Assembly: GCF_032191835.1 (NCBI RefSeq)
Contig: NC_083237.1
Span: 1,426,001-1,490,000 of the forward strand
From: Heteronotia binoei
Taxonomy: Eukaryota
DNA: 64,000 nt
Direction: 5' to 3'
Positions 13,601 through 25,660 of the stretch are shown piece after piece. The notes under the pieces were generated by a model, which did no database searches, was not told where the DNA came from, and worked only from the letters and a program-made list of their open reading frames with translations. Every line of letters begins with the position of its first letter. Position 1 is the stretch's first letter. The translations under genes and the position numbers were made by a program.

Positions 13601-16600
13601 TACTTGCTTTTTCAGAGACAGCTTCTTTTATAGGTGGAGAGGCTCCCACAGTTCCTCTGTGACAAACAGGGAAAGCACAATCCTGAGGCACAGTTCAGCC
13701 CCCGCAGCTTGAGAAAACAGGCCTTCTCAGAGCAATTTATATGAAAAATAGGGGGATGTTTTCAAGAAGGAACAAGGGAGCCAAGTGGCATGTGGTACTA
13801 ATGTGACTAGAATATGGACTGTATAAATTGGCCCTAAAAAATTAGTCACAGGAGGTCCTTTCTGGATCAGGGCTTTCCCACCAAGAGCACAACTGAGAAA
13901 TACCCCGTCTGGGCGTACCCTTGGCTGGAACAAAGACAAGGCGCAAGACAGGTGTTCATCTTTTTCTCTACCAGAGCTTGAACCTACTCTGTGTGTGTGT
14001 GTGTGCATGCACAAACAAATGTGTGCAAATTTCTGCTTGGGGAACATCCTGGAGAGGACAGGGACAAAAGAGTAAAACTTGCCCTTCTCCAGTGCTGAAG
14101 CCCAATCCTAATAATTTCTCCCCTTCCCCTCCAGCTTTTAGCACCGAACTACATGTCTGGAGTCCCAATGACAGAACACTGCAGGTACCGTGGAACTAAA
14201 TCACCACTCTTGCTTCTAGGGCTTTGCATTTAGTCTCCTGCATTTCTAGCTAAGGAGTCCCATAGTAGAGAGTGGTAAAGCTGCAGTACTGCAGTCCATG
14301 CTCTCTGCTCACAACCGGAGTTCAATCCTGGCGGAAGCTGGGTTCAAATTAACTCAGCCTTCCATCCTTCCGAGGTCGGTGAAATGAGTACCCAGTTTGC
14401 TGGGGAAGTGTCGATGACTGGGGAAGGCAATGGCAGAGCACCCCGTAAAAAAGTCTGCTATGAAAACGTTGTGATGCGACGTCACCCCGAAGTCGGAAAC
14501 GACTGGTGCTTGCACAGGAGACTACCTTTACCTTTATATTTCTAGCTAAACAAACCCAGAACACAACCATTTCTCTCCCAAATGAATGAGATCCTACAAC
14601 CCCTTGGACCTCCAGAATCCAGGAGAGAGAAACACAGCAGGCACCCGCAGTCTGCCTGAGATGCCCGAGATGTTTGTTATGCACGGCACTAACACACGCA
14701 AAAGAGCCCCAATGCCATTTTTGAAAAAATAGTAAGGGGGAGGTAGCTCTTCCCAACTACCTCTTCCTTCCACTTGCCTGGGAGGTCTCTTCTTCCCACC
14801 AAGAGCAGCAGGGCTCAACATGGGTTTTGACCTGCATTTTGAATCCTGCAAGCAGGGAAGTGGTTAGGCAGGTCTGTTCAGAGCAGGGAAATGGTAGATG
14901 GGGGGGATAATGAACACTCCTCTTCGTTCACGGTTTCTTTACTCTGTCCTCTGCCACCCAGAAGTTTTTCTTTGACAACACACACAGCTGTGAGCAGAGG
15001 CCTGGGAACTGCTGGCAACCTGCAAAGATAAAGCCTGGGCATCTGCATAGCCTGTACTGCAGCACCACCCAGAGGCCAAAAATGGGCATTCACACACAGA
15101 GCCTGCTGGGCTCCTTTCCGGTAATGCGGCTGGGGAGGGAGTCTCTGGGCATTTTCACAACAAAAGTTGCTTCCACAAGGCCCCCAAAAAAGCACTTTCT
15201 CAACTCAAGACTTAAACTGGGGTGCAAATTAAAAACCCCACGTTGATTACAGACTACATTTAATAACACTGAGACCTAAAAATCAAAGGTGCTGGTTGAT
15301 GTTTTGAGTGAAAATGAGCCGTGAACAAGGCTTGATGATGTCTTTTTTTTTAATGCTGTGTTAATACTTCGTTAATTTTTAACTATTTCTTAATCTGCGT
15401 GGTGTTTTCACTGTGTTTCACTTCTAAGCCAGCAAGAGCAAGTCTCCTGGAAAGACAGCCTAGAAACGTTCTAAGCAGACAAGTGAACAGGGTGTCAGAA
15501 AGAGCGTCGCACAAGAGCAAGTGCTCCATGCAAAGGTCTGGGAGTTTCAGCCTACTTCCACACTAGTGGTTTGGCCAGGCATGGACATCACAACGTCCTG
15601 TGGCAGTCCACCTTGCTTGGGGAGGGACGGTGGCTCAGTGGTAGAGCATCTGCTTGGGAAGCAGAAGGTCCCAGGTTCAATCCCTGGCATCTCCAAAAAA
15701 GGGTCCAGGCAAATAGGTGTGAAAAACCTCAGCTTGAGACCCTGGAGAGCCGCTGCCAGTCTGAATAGACAAGACTGATTTTGATGGACCCGGGGGGGGT
15801 CTGATTCAGTAGAAGGCAGCTTCATATGTTCAGCACTATGGAGTCATCCTTTAGGGGATGGACGGTGGCTCAGTGGTAGAGCATCTGCTTGGGAAGCAGA
15901 AGGTCCCAGGTTCAATCCCTGGCATCTCCAAAAAGGGTCCAGGCAAGTAGGCCTGAAAAACCTCAGCTTGAGACCCTGGAGAGCCGCTGCCAGTCTGAGA
16001 AGACAATACTGACTTCGATGGACCAAGAGTCTGATTTGGTATAAGGCAGCTTCATATGTTCACATCTTTCAGATCTGAAGTGAGAAGGTCTTTGTGAAAT
16101 GGAAGACACCAGGACAGCCTCGCTTGGTCCAGTGTGGCCAGTCAAAGGGCTAGTGAGGCGTTATGTGGCTAGTGTCTCATTTTGAGTTGCCACGTCCTCT
16201 CTTCATCATGGCAGGGAAATTTCGGTGGGGTGTTCTGGGTGGTAGGAGAGTAGTTACAAATGTATTAGTTTTCTTTAAGCAGAATTGCAAATATAGCCAA
16301 CATCATCACATCTCTGCCAAGTAAGACAGCAAGACTTTGTTCACTGCACCAGTGAAAGATGGAAGCATAACACACTGGAAAGATCAACAAAACATATGTC
16401 AACCATAACTTAAGACCAGTTTACATAAGAACATAAGAGAAGTCATGTTGGATCAGGCCAATAGCCCATCCAGTCTAACACTCTGTGTCACAAGTGGCAA
16501 AAAACCCCAAGTGCCATCAAGAGGTCCATCAGTGGGGCCAGGGCACTAGAAGCCCTCCCACTGTTGTGCCCCCCCCCAGCACCAAGAATACAGAGCATCA

Positions 16601-19600
16601 CTGCCCCAGACAGACAGTTCCAACAATAAGCTGTGGCTAATAGCCACTGATGGAACTCTGCTCCATATGCTTATCCATTCCCCTCTTGAAGCTGGCTATG
16701 CTTGCAGCCGCCACCTCCTGTGGCACTGAATTCCACATGTTAATCACCCTTTGGGTGAAGATATACTTCCTTTTATCAGTTCAAACCCAACTGCTCAGCA
16801 ATTTCATTGAATGCCCACGAGAGAAAAGGACTTCGTTCTCTACCTTCTCTATCCCATCCATAATCTTGTAAACCTCTATCACGTCACCCCGCAGTCATCG
16901 TTTCCCCAAGTTAAAGAGCCCCAAGCGTTTTAACCTTTCTTCATAGGGAAAGTGTTCCAACCCTTTAATTATTCTAGTTGCCCTTTTCTGCACTTTTCCC
17001 AATGCTATAATATCTTTTTCGAGGTGCAGTGACCAGAATTGTACACAGTATTCCAAATGAGGCTGCACCATCCATTTATACAGGGGCATTATGATACCGG
17101 CTAATTTGTTTTCAATTCCCTTCCTGATAATTCCCAGCATGGTGTTGGCCTTTTTTATTGCAGTTGCAGACTGTCTTGACATTTTCAGTGAGTTATCTAC
17201 CACGACCCCAAGATCTCTCTCTTGGTCAGTCTCTGCCAGTTCACACCCCATCAACTTGTATTTATAGCTATGCTTTTTGGTCCCAATGTGCATTACTTTT
17301 CACATGGCCACACTGAACCTCATCTGCCACGTTGACGCCCACTCACCCAGCCTCAACAGATCCCTCTGAAGTACCTCATAATCCTCTCTGGTTTTCACCA
17401 CCCAATTTAATGTCATCTGCAAACTTAGCCACTTCACTGCTTACTCCCAACTCCAAATCATTAATGAACAAGTTAAAAAGCATGGGACCCAGTACTGAGC
17501 CCTGCGGCACCCCACTGCTTACCATCTTCCACAGCAAAGACTGTCCATTTATACTCACTCCCTGCTTCCTCTTAATTAGCCAGTTTTTGATCCACAAGAG
17601 GACTTGTCCTTTTACTCCATGACTCTCAAGCTTACTAAGGAGCCTTTGATGAGGAACTTTATCAAAAGCTTTCTGGGAGTCATGTTTGTTCACTCCCTCA
17701 AAGAACTCTTAATAGGTTAGTAAGGTAAGATCTTCCCTTACAGAACCCATGCTGAGTCTTCCTCAATAACTCGTGTTCATCAATGTGCCTACTAATTCTC
17801 TTTGATAATGGTTTCTACCAATATTCCCGGTATTGAAGTCAGACTGATTGGCCTGATTCCTCTTAAGGCTTGTTTATTTGTATCACTTTGGTTTTCAATC
17901 AGGTCCTACGTAGAAAATCTCTACCCACCAATGGTGTTTGTATACTACAGCAATGAGTAACTTCCCTGGCTGGAGAGTGCCTCTGAGAATGTGCAGAATG
18001 CCCCTGCCTTCAGTATGTTATCACAAGACCCACCACATACAAACAGGTTTGAGAAACTTACCTTCCCAGACCTTGTTCCTCAGCTGAAGGAGCTATCTTC
18101 TTTAGGTCTTCTGGAAATAAAAAAGTAACTGTCTTTAAGCAGCTCTGCTATCTATGCCTTAAAACTGGGGTGTTGAACTCAGTTGTTATGAGGGCTGGAT
18201 CTGACATAAATGAGACCTTGTTCAGCCGGGCCACGTGTGTTATAAAATGCAATGCCAGAAAATGAAGATACGAACTTTATAAAGGACACAGAGGTGCTTT
18301 TTTAAAAGGTGCTTTCTTGGTATCTCTCTCATAGGATCAAGGGAACTGAGCAAAGGAAGCTCTGGCTCTTTACCTCCCTCTCCAGGTGACCAGGAGGTGG
18401 AGGAATCTCAGTCAATAGAAGGAAGAAAGGCTTGGCTCAGTAGTTCTGCTGTGTGATTGAGAGAGCCTGACAAAGCAAGCTCTCCCCCTCCCCCCCAAGG
18501 GAGGAGCCTCAGCCAATGGAGAAAGTACAGGCTTTGCTCTGTAGCTCCTGGGCAATTGAGCAAGCCTGACAAATGTCCATGAACTTTTTAAGACTCCCTT
18601 TAAATACCTGCTTTCTATTCCCTGCAAAAACCTGCTTAGTTGTTTTTTGAGGGCTTTCTGCAAACCCCATTTAAAGAAAGTGAGGTCAATGGGATTTGCG
18701 GGGCCACAACGCGGTTCAGGAACAAACCTCCTGGTTTGATTCAGTTTGTGGTTTGGCCACAAACCACATATTCCAGTTTGTGCCCATCCCTAGTTACACT
18801 GCAGCTTCTTTATCACTCTTCTAAGAACCTAAAACAGCTATGCTAGATCAGAACAATGATCCACCTACTCATTTTTCATACCATGGCCCACCAGAGGTCC
18901 ACAGAAATCCCATCAGCAAGGCACAAAACCCTACTGGGCCAGATGAGCCACTGGTCTGATCCAGCAGTGCTGCTCTTTTGTTCTTAATGTCTACGATCGT
19001 GGCAATTCCATTTAGCCACCAGGGCTAACAGCCATGGACAGACTTCACCTATCGATGCATTAATCTCCTGTCAAAGCCATCTAAAGAGGCCATTTTTGTG
19101 ATAGCGAATTCCACAACTGAATTACTGCGTGAGTGAGGGACTTCTTTTCTCAAGAAGTACTCTCGCCCATTCTCAAGATCTCTCTGTCAGCATACCCATG
19201 CACTCCTCCAAAGACTTCTTAAGTACACTCTCAACAATCTCTTCAAATACTGAGTCGCTGAGGCAATCGTCTTCCTGCCAAAAGATGAGCAAACAGAGTA
19301 GTTACAAAAAACCTGCATCAACTAGACTGGACAGTAAATACAGACCCCAAGCCAGCACCTCTTGCTCACATAAATACACAGCTGAAAAATAAGGACTGCG
19401 TAATAGGGCTCTTTCAGTGCAAGGACTCATCCTTTCCTCCAGTAGGAGTCTTATCTAATTGTTTCCCATGGCACCAAACTCTCATAGCCTCCAGTGATTT
19501 CCACACACTAGTTAAGTTCATTCATGCCTGGGCGATGCTCTTGTTTTTCATGACTGTAATTTAATATCCACCAAAGAGGCCCTATTGAACGTCAGATGTA

Positions 19601-22285
19601 AGATGTGCACAAATAATGTCCATGTTTAATAACGTTTAAAGAAACACACAACATTGTACAAAATATCTCAGAGAGGGAGGACAATGAGAACTCCGCATTT
19701 TGAGGACTTTTAAGTTTGACTGTTTCTCAAGGAAAGTGAGGCCATTTCCCCTCCCATGCTGCCAGGGAGGGGGGGGTTTGTCCCTACCCCTCAAGAAATA
19801 GCTAGATCATGATAGCAATTTACTTACGAGCTCCTCTAAATTCCAGCTTTCATATTTTAGAAAAGTAAACCTCTAGCTCAGAGGCCCCTAACGTGGTGCC
19901 CATGGGCACCATGGCACCTGCCAACAGCTTTTCTGGAGCCCACTAATTTTTTTTAGAAAGCAGGGGAAGTTTTAGAGCAGCAAAGCTTCTAACAGGCCAC
20001 TGGAGATTTCCCTCAGCAGTGAGAAACTACAACTACGTAGCTCCCGCCCTGTCCCCTTTGACAGTGACTTCCAAGATGAACTGGGCTTCCAAGAGGACCA
20101 CCTCCTCCATCTCGTCTCCCAAACTGCAGTGGTTCTTCTGAGTACTGTTGTTCAATTGCTCCCCCTCCCAGGCTTTTTTATTACAGGCAGCATCACTGTA
20201 TCACTAGCGTTACAACATTGCAGAAATATACAAACTACTGGTCTAAAAAAAACACACAAAAGTCTGATAGAGGCATAAGGAGAGGGAGGGGGGGGGGACA
20301 AAGGGTGCAAGGGGAAAGAACAGGGAATCACCCCATGCTAAGGCTCCATGCTGTCCCCATGCAATTCTCCATTGCCACTGCAAACTCAAGGGGCCAAATA
20401 TACCTTTCCAATTACATTCTTGGTAATGTCTCGATCCTTCTTGTGCTTCGCTGTCATTTCTACTTTAGTGCTCCTCTTCTGCTTATCTTGATCTTCCGTG
20501 TTGACCTTTGGATAATGTGCTTTCACGGGTTTGGCCGCAGCTCCATCGCCTGCAGAGAGGTTCAGAGGAACAGGATTTGCTTGGCCATCTTCTTGTTTCC
20601 TAGGAAGGTCTAGCTCTCCTTCAGAAAAGGCAGTGCTGGGTTTGATTAATGGAGGAGCAAAGAACTTCTTTGACACTTTCCGGAGTTCTGAAATAATGGA
20701 AAACATAATTCACTCGTTAGCGAATACGCTAGTTAAAAAGAGTGCTACAAACATTAGTCCTGCTTTTACCACAACAGACTAGCAGTGCCAAGCTAAGCAG
20801 CACCACACCTTTCTAAGCCTGAGTCCAGAGTAAATCTCCATTGATCTTAAAGGAGCCACTGGACTCAATCTTTCTTCTGATGCTGCAGACCAGCACAGCT
20901 ACCCTCCTGAATCTATCTTTCAATTGAATTAGAAGTATATAGCTTTGCTTAGAATAGCACAGTAAGGCAGCTAGCCCCCTCTAATGGTATATAGTAATAT
21001 TTAGGAACATTTTAAAAATGTAAATAAAGCCATGTTGGTTCAGGCCAATGGTCCACCCAGCCCAACAATCTGTGTCACACAGTGGCCAAAAACCAGGTGC
21101 CATCAGGAGGTCCACCAGTGGGGCCAGGACACTAGAAGCCCTCCCACACCCAAGCACCAAGAATAGGTGAGGTAGGTGAGGCTACTGAGCCCAAGGTCAC
21201 CCAGCAGGCCTCATGTACAGGAGTGGGGTCTCCAGACTAGATTCCACTGCTCTTAATCCCTGCATCATGCAGCAGCCATTTCCTCCAGAGGAACCAAACT
21301 ATGTAGCCTGGAGATCAGTTGTAATTCTGGGGGAGGTTGGCAACCCAAGGTGGTACACACCATGATTTTGTAGGAAAGTGAGAAAACCCCACTTCCCAGT
21401 AGCATCAAAGCTGGGCCAAACAACGCATTTGTAAGTGGCTAAGGCAGGGTTGGCCAAAATGTGGCTTAGGAGCCACATCTTGTCTGGCTCTCAAAGCCCC
21501 TACTGTCCCATTGGAGAAGGCATTTGTCTAAATCGCTTTTCCAAGCCAAGCCAGCTGGAGGGCTTGGATATTGCATTTAAAGTTGCTTTCTTTCCACCTC
21601 TCTCTTCTTCCTCCCTCCCCATCTATTCACCTTCCTTCATGCTCTCAAACATCTGACATTTATTCTAAGCAGCTCTTATGTTAAGCAAGTTTGGCCACCC
21701 CTGGGCTAAGGTAACATTAAGTAACATTTCACCAGGAATGGAAGGCACCACATTTATTTATCAGGAAGTTATCTTGCAGAAAAAACTTTTTGAAATTATT
21801 TGTATTAATGCTTGAAAAATATAAGAATTTATTTCTGTCTGAAGGATGTGGGCTGTCTCTGCCCAACAGCACTGTAAGTTATTCTTGTCAGTTTCACACT
21901 CCTGTTTTTGAAAGAAGCAGAATTAAGGATTTTTCAGTTACAGCCTTGGGAGAGCAAGAACTAGACTGAAAAATATGGTCTGCCTCTCCCCAGCATTGGT
22001 GATCGCATATCTAGCCCGCTTTTTAAAAAGAAAGAGGGGAACACAGGCACAGCTATTCCTTCACTGCCCATTTAGAATCTTTGGAAACTAACTAAAACGT
22101 TCTTGTTTCCTTGAGAAATGCCCTTAAAGGGTGTGTGTGTTTGTGTGTGTGGCCTCTGGTCTGTGCATTGCAGGACTGTATTGATAAGCAGCCCCAGTGC
22201 GAAACAGCCCCTCCCCATGTTTCCTTTAAAATAAATAAACAAAGTACAAACTGATCTTACCCTCATCATTGTTCTGTCTTGCCAT
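1635..22285 (-). CDS. ZCWPW1: Zinc finger CW-type and PWWP domain protein 1 (meiotic H3K4me3/H3K36me3 reader), multi-exon
   Basis: Phase-consistent GT-AG exons: 22285-22261 (MARQNNDE), 20687-20404 (KKFFAPP), 19274-19196 (DSVFEEIVESVLKKSLEEC), ~13654-13502, 13169-13020, 10673-10557 (zf-CW: WVQCSHPACGKWR...WSC), 9518-9398 (PEETW...PGSIVWAKQYGYPW), 6225-6150 (WPGMIEADPDIGEYFLF), 5947-5843 (KYHVTFFGDSVSRAWI), 4555-4472, 3306-3252 (ERIRMFGFCSRF), 3133-3036, 2460-2313, 1957-1635 (ends EDFSLALFEE*). Motifs match human ZCWPW1 as recalled. The junction between the 19196 and 13654 exons and the 2460 acceptor are less certain. About 605 aa without optional exons. Confidence 0.95.
4050..4320 (+). mobile_element. 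CR1-type 3' end fragment
   Basis: gatgtagtgatggc...agacagattcatggagg...ccagccatgg...ggactagatggaccc resembles CR1 3' regions. Confidence 0.6.
6400..6965 (+). mobile_element. CR1-type LINE 3' end
   Basis: [34 protein letters not shown]...YFFTQRVINMWNSLP, ending in the ttctcttatgttctta octamer tail. Confidence 0.9.
7022..7290 (-). mobile_element. tRNA-derived SINE (Squam3-like gecko SINE)
   Basis: Reverse complement of gagagccagcttggtgtagtggttaag... with A/B boxes. Other copies at ~12345-12615, 35783-36070, 44500-44645, 52285-52750, 60445-60705, 61013-61625 and 62500-62695. Family name is from recall. Confidence 0.8.
9680..9990 (-). mobile_element. CR1 3' end (second subfamily)
   Basis: Translates to [34 protein letters not shown] and ends in a gattct-type tail. 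Confidence 0.85.
10815..11250 (+). mobile_element. Two tandem CR1 3' ends
   Basis: The ggtggtgggctctcc...gagg(c)tagatggccatctgacagcaatg...cccttccaactct unit occurs twice. Confidence 0.85.
14255..14535 (+). mobile_element. Sauria SINE
   Basis: gagtggtaaagctgcagtactgcag...gactcagccttccatccttccgaggtcggt...gtcggaaacgactggtgcttgcacagg. Other copies at ~46290-46590 (+), 48998-49298 (-), 49312-49606 (-), 51117-51408 (-), 63533-63836 (+) and 63837-64000 (+). Confidence 0.9.
15618..16065 (+). mobile_element. Two tandem copies of a ~210-bp tRNA-derived SINE (Squam2-like)
   Basis: ggtggctcagtggtagagcatctgcttgggaagcagaaggtcccaggttcaatccctggcatctcc has A/B boxes. Other copies at ~7540-7890, 11255-11420, 42855-43065, 48290-48580, 53838-54050 and 57710-58140. 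Family name uncertain. Confidence 0.8.
16430..17840 (-). mobile_element. CR1-type LINE, 5'-truncated (RT fragment plus 3' UTR)
   Basis: KAFDKVPHQRLL...SGVPQGSVLGPMLFNLFINDL...KFADDIKL, then HLEYCVQFW...RATRIIKGL. The 3' tail cataagaacataag lies at ~16430. Confidence 0.92.
21445..21703. mobile_element. hAT-like MITE with perfect 8-bp TSD
   Basis: TIRs cagggttggccaaa / tttggccacccctg, with GGCTAAGG at both 21437-21444 and 21704-21711. Confidence 0.9.
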
Positions 22286-22946
22286 TACAGAACTGTATGT
22301 CTTGGAGATTTTTGTTCCAATCAAATTCTTTTATTAAGAAGGGAAGAGAGAAAAGAGAGCAAGTAATAAAGGCACATGTTTAACTGGGTTTCTGCAGAAA
22401 CAAAATGGTAATGCTCCTTGTGAAGATGAAGACAGGGAGAGTCCCCTGGATTTTCCCTCTCTCCTTGCTTCAGATGGGTTAATCTCCCACAACTATAGAA
22501 CAAAGCAGTAGAAAAGTGCACCTTTAAGACCAACTAAGTTTTACCACAACTATGTAATTTAACCAAGACAAAGTCTGTGAGATCCTCTTGAGTGAATAGC
22601 CACAAAAGCATGGAATAGCAAGTATGACAGTTATTCCAGAACAATTAAACCAGTGAAAGAATGTCTCAAAAGTGCTTTCAGATTCTCCTTTTTGAGCAGA
22701 AGATTTCTGCTTTCAATCCCTTTGCCTCAGGCAGACACCAATAGGCAAGGGCATTTCCTACCACATACTGATTCCTTTCTAACAAGGACCCCATATTCCC
22801 ATATGAACTTGCTGTAAACTGAGATTTTCTGCAGCGGCCCTGCCAAATGTGCCCCCAACTTTAGAAGTGATGTGGGTGGCCACCAGAGACAGGGGCTTTT
22901 CCTCTTTGACACATCCACACAGGAACCCCCTCCCCACAGTCTAGTG

Positions 22947-23260
22947 CAGGGGTGGCCAAACTGTGGCTCAGGAGCCACATATGGCTCTTTCACACATATT
23001 GTGGGGCTGTCAAAGTCACTACCTGGTGGGCTGGCTTGGAGAAGGCATTTGTCTCTTTAAATCACTTCTCCAAGCTAAGCCAACTGGTTGCTTGGAGAAT
23101 GCATTTAAGTTTAAAATCGCTTTCTTTCCACCTCTCCTCCTCCGTTTATTTGCCTTCCTTCCTGCTTGCTCTCAAACATCTGACAATCGTGTCTCGAGGC
23201 TCTCAAACATATGACATTTATTCTATGTGGCTCTTACATAAGCAAGTTTGGCCACCCCTG
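22947..23260. mobile_element. hAT-like MITE, same family as 21445
   Basis: TIRs caggggtggccaaac / gtttggccacccctg. TSD gtctagtg / gtctagcg (7/8). Confidence 0.9.
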
Positions 23261-24325
23261 GTCTAGCGCCTTGTGTTTAAGCGGCAGGGGAAATCTACCT
23301 TTTATGTACAGCTAGACGGAAGTCCAGTGGCACTTCAGAGACCAACAAAATTTAGGGACTATAAGCTTTTGAGAGTCAAAGCTCCCTTTGGCAGATTCCC
23401 CCCCCCCCCACACACACACAGCATCTTGTTGGCCTTTAAGGTGCCCCGGGGCTCAAATCTAGTTCTACGGCAGACCAACCAACATGGCTGGCTATGTAAC
23501 TATCTCTTCTGTCCACTTTGGGCTGGTTTCATCTGATTCTGTCAGGGTATGACTGTGCTTTTCTTGCTAAAATATGGCCACAAGCCAACCCTAAGTGAAG
23601 CACACTGAAGCCAAATTTGTCTCCACAGGTGCTCCACCAGTTGCATTACGGCCAAGGCCCTGGGAAAGAAAGGGACCGGAGCTTTGGGCTGATTTTCCCG
23701 TCCTCTACCATGGAAGCACGGAAGGGGACCTTGGGCTTCAACTGCCTCTCACAAGGTTGTTGTGAGGGGAAAATGAAATAGAAGAATGCGAGCCTCTGTG
23801 CTTAACGCAGGGTGTAAATGAAGGAAATATAATCATAAAGGGATCCCAGAGAAGCTCTGGACGAAAAGGGGCACGATCCAGTAACGCCGAAAGCAGTCTG
23901 GAATCTGACTTTCCCCCCACTGTGGGAGTGAATACAGCTTCTTCCGCCTCAGGAATCCATGGCGGGAGTTGAAAGCTGAGGTGAGGTTCTGGCCGGATCC
24001 TGCCCGAAGCACGCCCATCTTTGCCAGCCGCCGTCTTGGTGGCTTTGTGGAGCTGAGCAGGTTCTCCTAACATCCAGGTATTTGGGGAAACCCAAATGTC
24101 TGAAGGACGTTCTCTTTCAAGCTGCCCGGCAGTGCCCTTTACAGGACAAGCGGGGGCCAACCCTAAGCAGGTCTTGTTCTGCTCTGTGGGGCGTGTCAGG
24201 GCTGGCAGCACGAGGGCTTCCACGCCCACGGAGCTTGAAAACGAAATGTGTTTTTTGTCCCAAATTATGCCACCAATGCAAGATCTTGACTGAGGCATGC
24301 TGCCTCCTCAGCCACCTTTTATGAC

Positions 24326-24456
24326 AGGGGTGGCCAATGGTAGCGCTCCAGATGTTTGGGGTTTTTTGCCTACAACTCCCATCAGCCCCAGCCAGCATGG
24401 CCAATGGCTGGGGCTGATGGGAGTTGTAGGCAAAAAACGTCTGGAGAGCTACCCCT
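24326..24456. mobile_element. Short palindromic hAT-like MITE
   Basis: caggggtggccaatggtag...gcctacaactcccatcagccccagcc...ggctggggctgatgggagttgtaggc... A second copy lies at 25927-26061. Confidence 0.8.
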
Positions 24457-24619
24457 GTTTTATAAGGTTAAGGAAAAAAGAGGCTGCTGGGTTAGATTTC
24501 TTCCTCCCTGGCTGTTTAAACCCAAACTGGAGCTCTATTTAAGTACCTCAGAAGAGCAGAGGGGATTTAAAGAGCAGGGCGCCAATTTCCAGCTCGGACT
24601 TTTGGCGCCTTTTCTCCCT

Positions 24620-24980
24620 CTACTCCCCCCCCTCCCTTCTGCGCCTCACCTAACTAGCGCCCTCGAAGAGGAATGTCGAGCTGCGCATGCGCCCCAACCT
24701 TCTCCAATTGCCGCTACCCAGAGAGGAACGGATGACTCACGACAGGACAGGTCTATATCGCGCATGCTCGGAGGCTCCGACGGACTGCGAAGCCGTGCTA
24801 CAGACATGCGCACTCGGATGCCAGGTTGAAGCTCCCGCCCCACCGTGGTGTTTACTCGAGCGCGGCGCCTCCCTTCGTTGACCAGGCCTCAGCCCCGCCC
24901 TCTCAGAGGCGCACCCTCTGGGCATGCGCAAGGTGCCTTCTACCGAGCACCCGTTGTTTACTCGGTGCAGGTAATTTTAG
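24620..24980. promoter_or_regulatory. Internal CpG-rich promoter-like module upstream of the ZCWPW1 ATG exon
   Basis: Several GCATGCGC/GCGCATGC NRF1-like sites, a GC box (CCCCGCCC ~24893) and minus-strand donor consensus at 24649 (AG|gtgagg). Confidence 0.6.
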
Positions 24981-25149
24981 GGCAGAGGATTTTCTGGGCT
25001 GTAACAGAAGGCCGCGGGGGGGGGGGGGCGGCGGGGATATTATTATCCCAGGAATGCATACATGGGAGTGTTTACTCATTCAAGCCATTCTGTGCATTAC
25101 TCTCTTGCCTTAGGAAAATGGCGCTCCAGGTCAGGAATCGAAGCATAAT

Positions 25150-25660
25150 GCATAAAGGTTGACAAGATGATGCAAGGGATAGAGAAGGCAGAGAAAGAAG
25201 TCCTTTTCTCCCTTTCTCACAATACAAGAACTCGTGGGCATTCCATGAAATTGCTGAGCAGTCGGGTTAGAACGGATAAAAGGAAGCCCTTCTTCACCCA
25301 AAGGGTGACTAACACATGAAATTCACGCCACACCACACCACAGGAGGTGGTGGCGGCTGCTGCAAGCATAGACAGCTTCAAGAGGGTTAGAGTTAGATAA
25401 GCATCTGGAGCAGAGGTCCATCAGTGGCTATGAGTCGCAGCGTATTGTTGGAACTCTCTGTCTGGGGCAATGATGCTCTGTATTCTTGGCGCTTGGTGGG
25501 GGGCAACAATGGGAGGGCTTCTGGTGTCCTGGCCCCACTGGTGGACCTCCTGATGGCACCTGGGGTTTTTTTTTGGGGGGGGGGGGGGGCGGTTGGTCAC
25601 TTTGTGACACAGAATGTTGGAGTGGATGAGGCCGGCTTCTCTTATTTTCTAATGTTCTTA
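25150..25660 (+). mobile_element. CR1-type LINE 3' end
   Basis: Near-identical to 6500-6960 (agaaagaagtccttttctccctttctcacaatacaagaactcgtgggcattcc...). Confidence 0.9.

Noticed and set aside
15618-15700. tRNA-like heads (ggtggctcagtggtagagc...ggttcaatccc) here and at other copies
   Set aside because: They continue into a shared non-tRNA body and lack a proper acceptor stem, so they are SINEs rather than tRNA genes.
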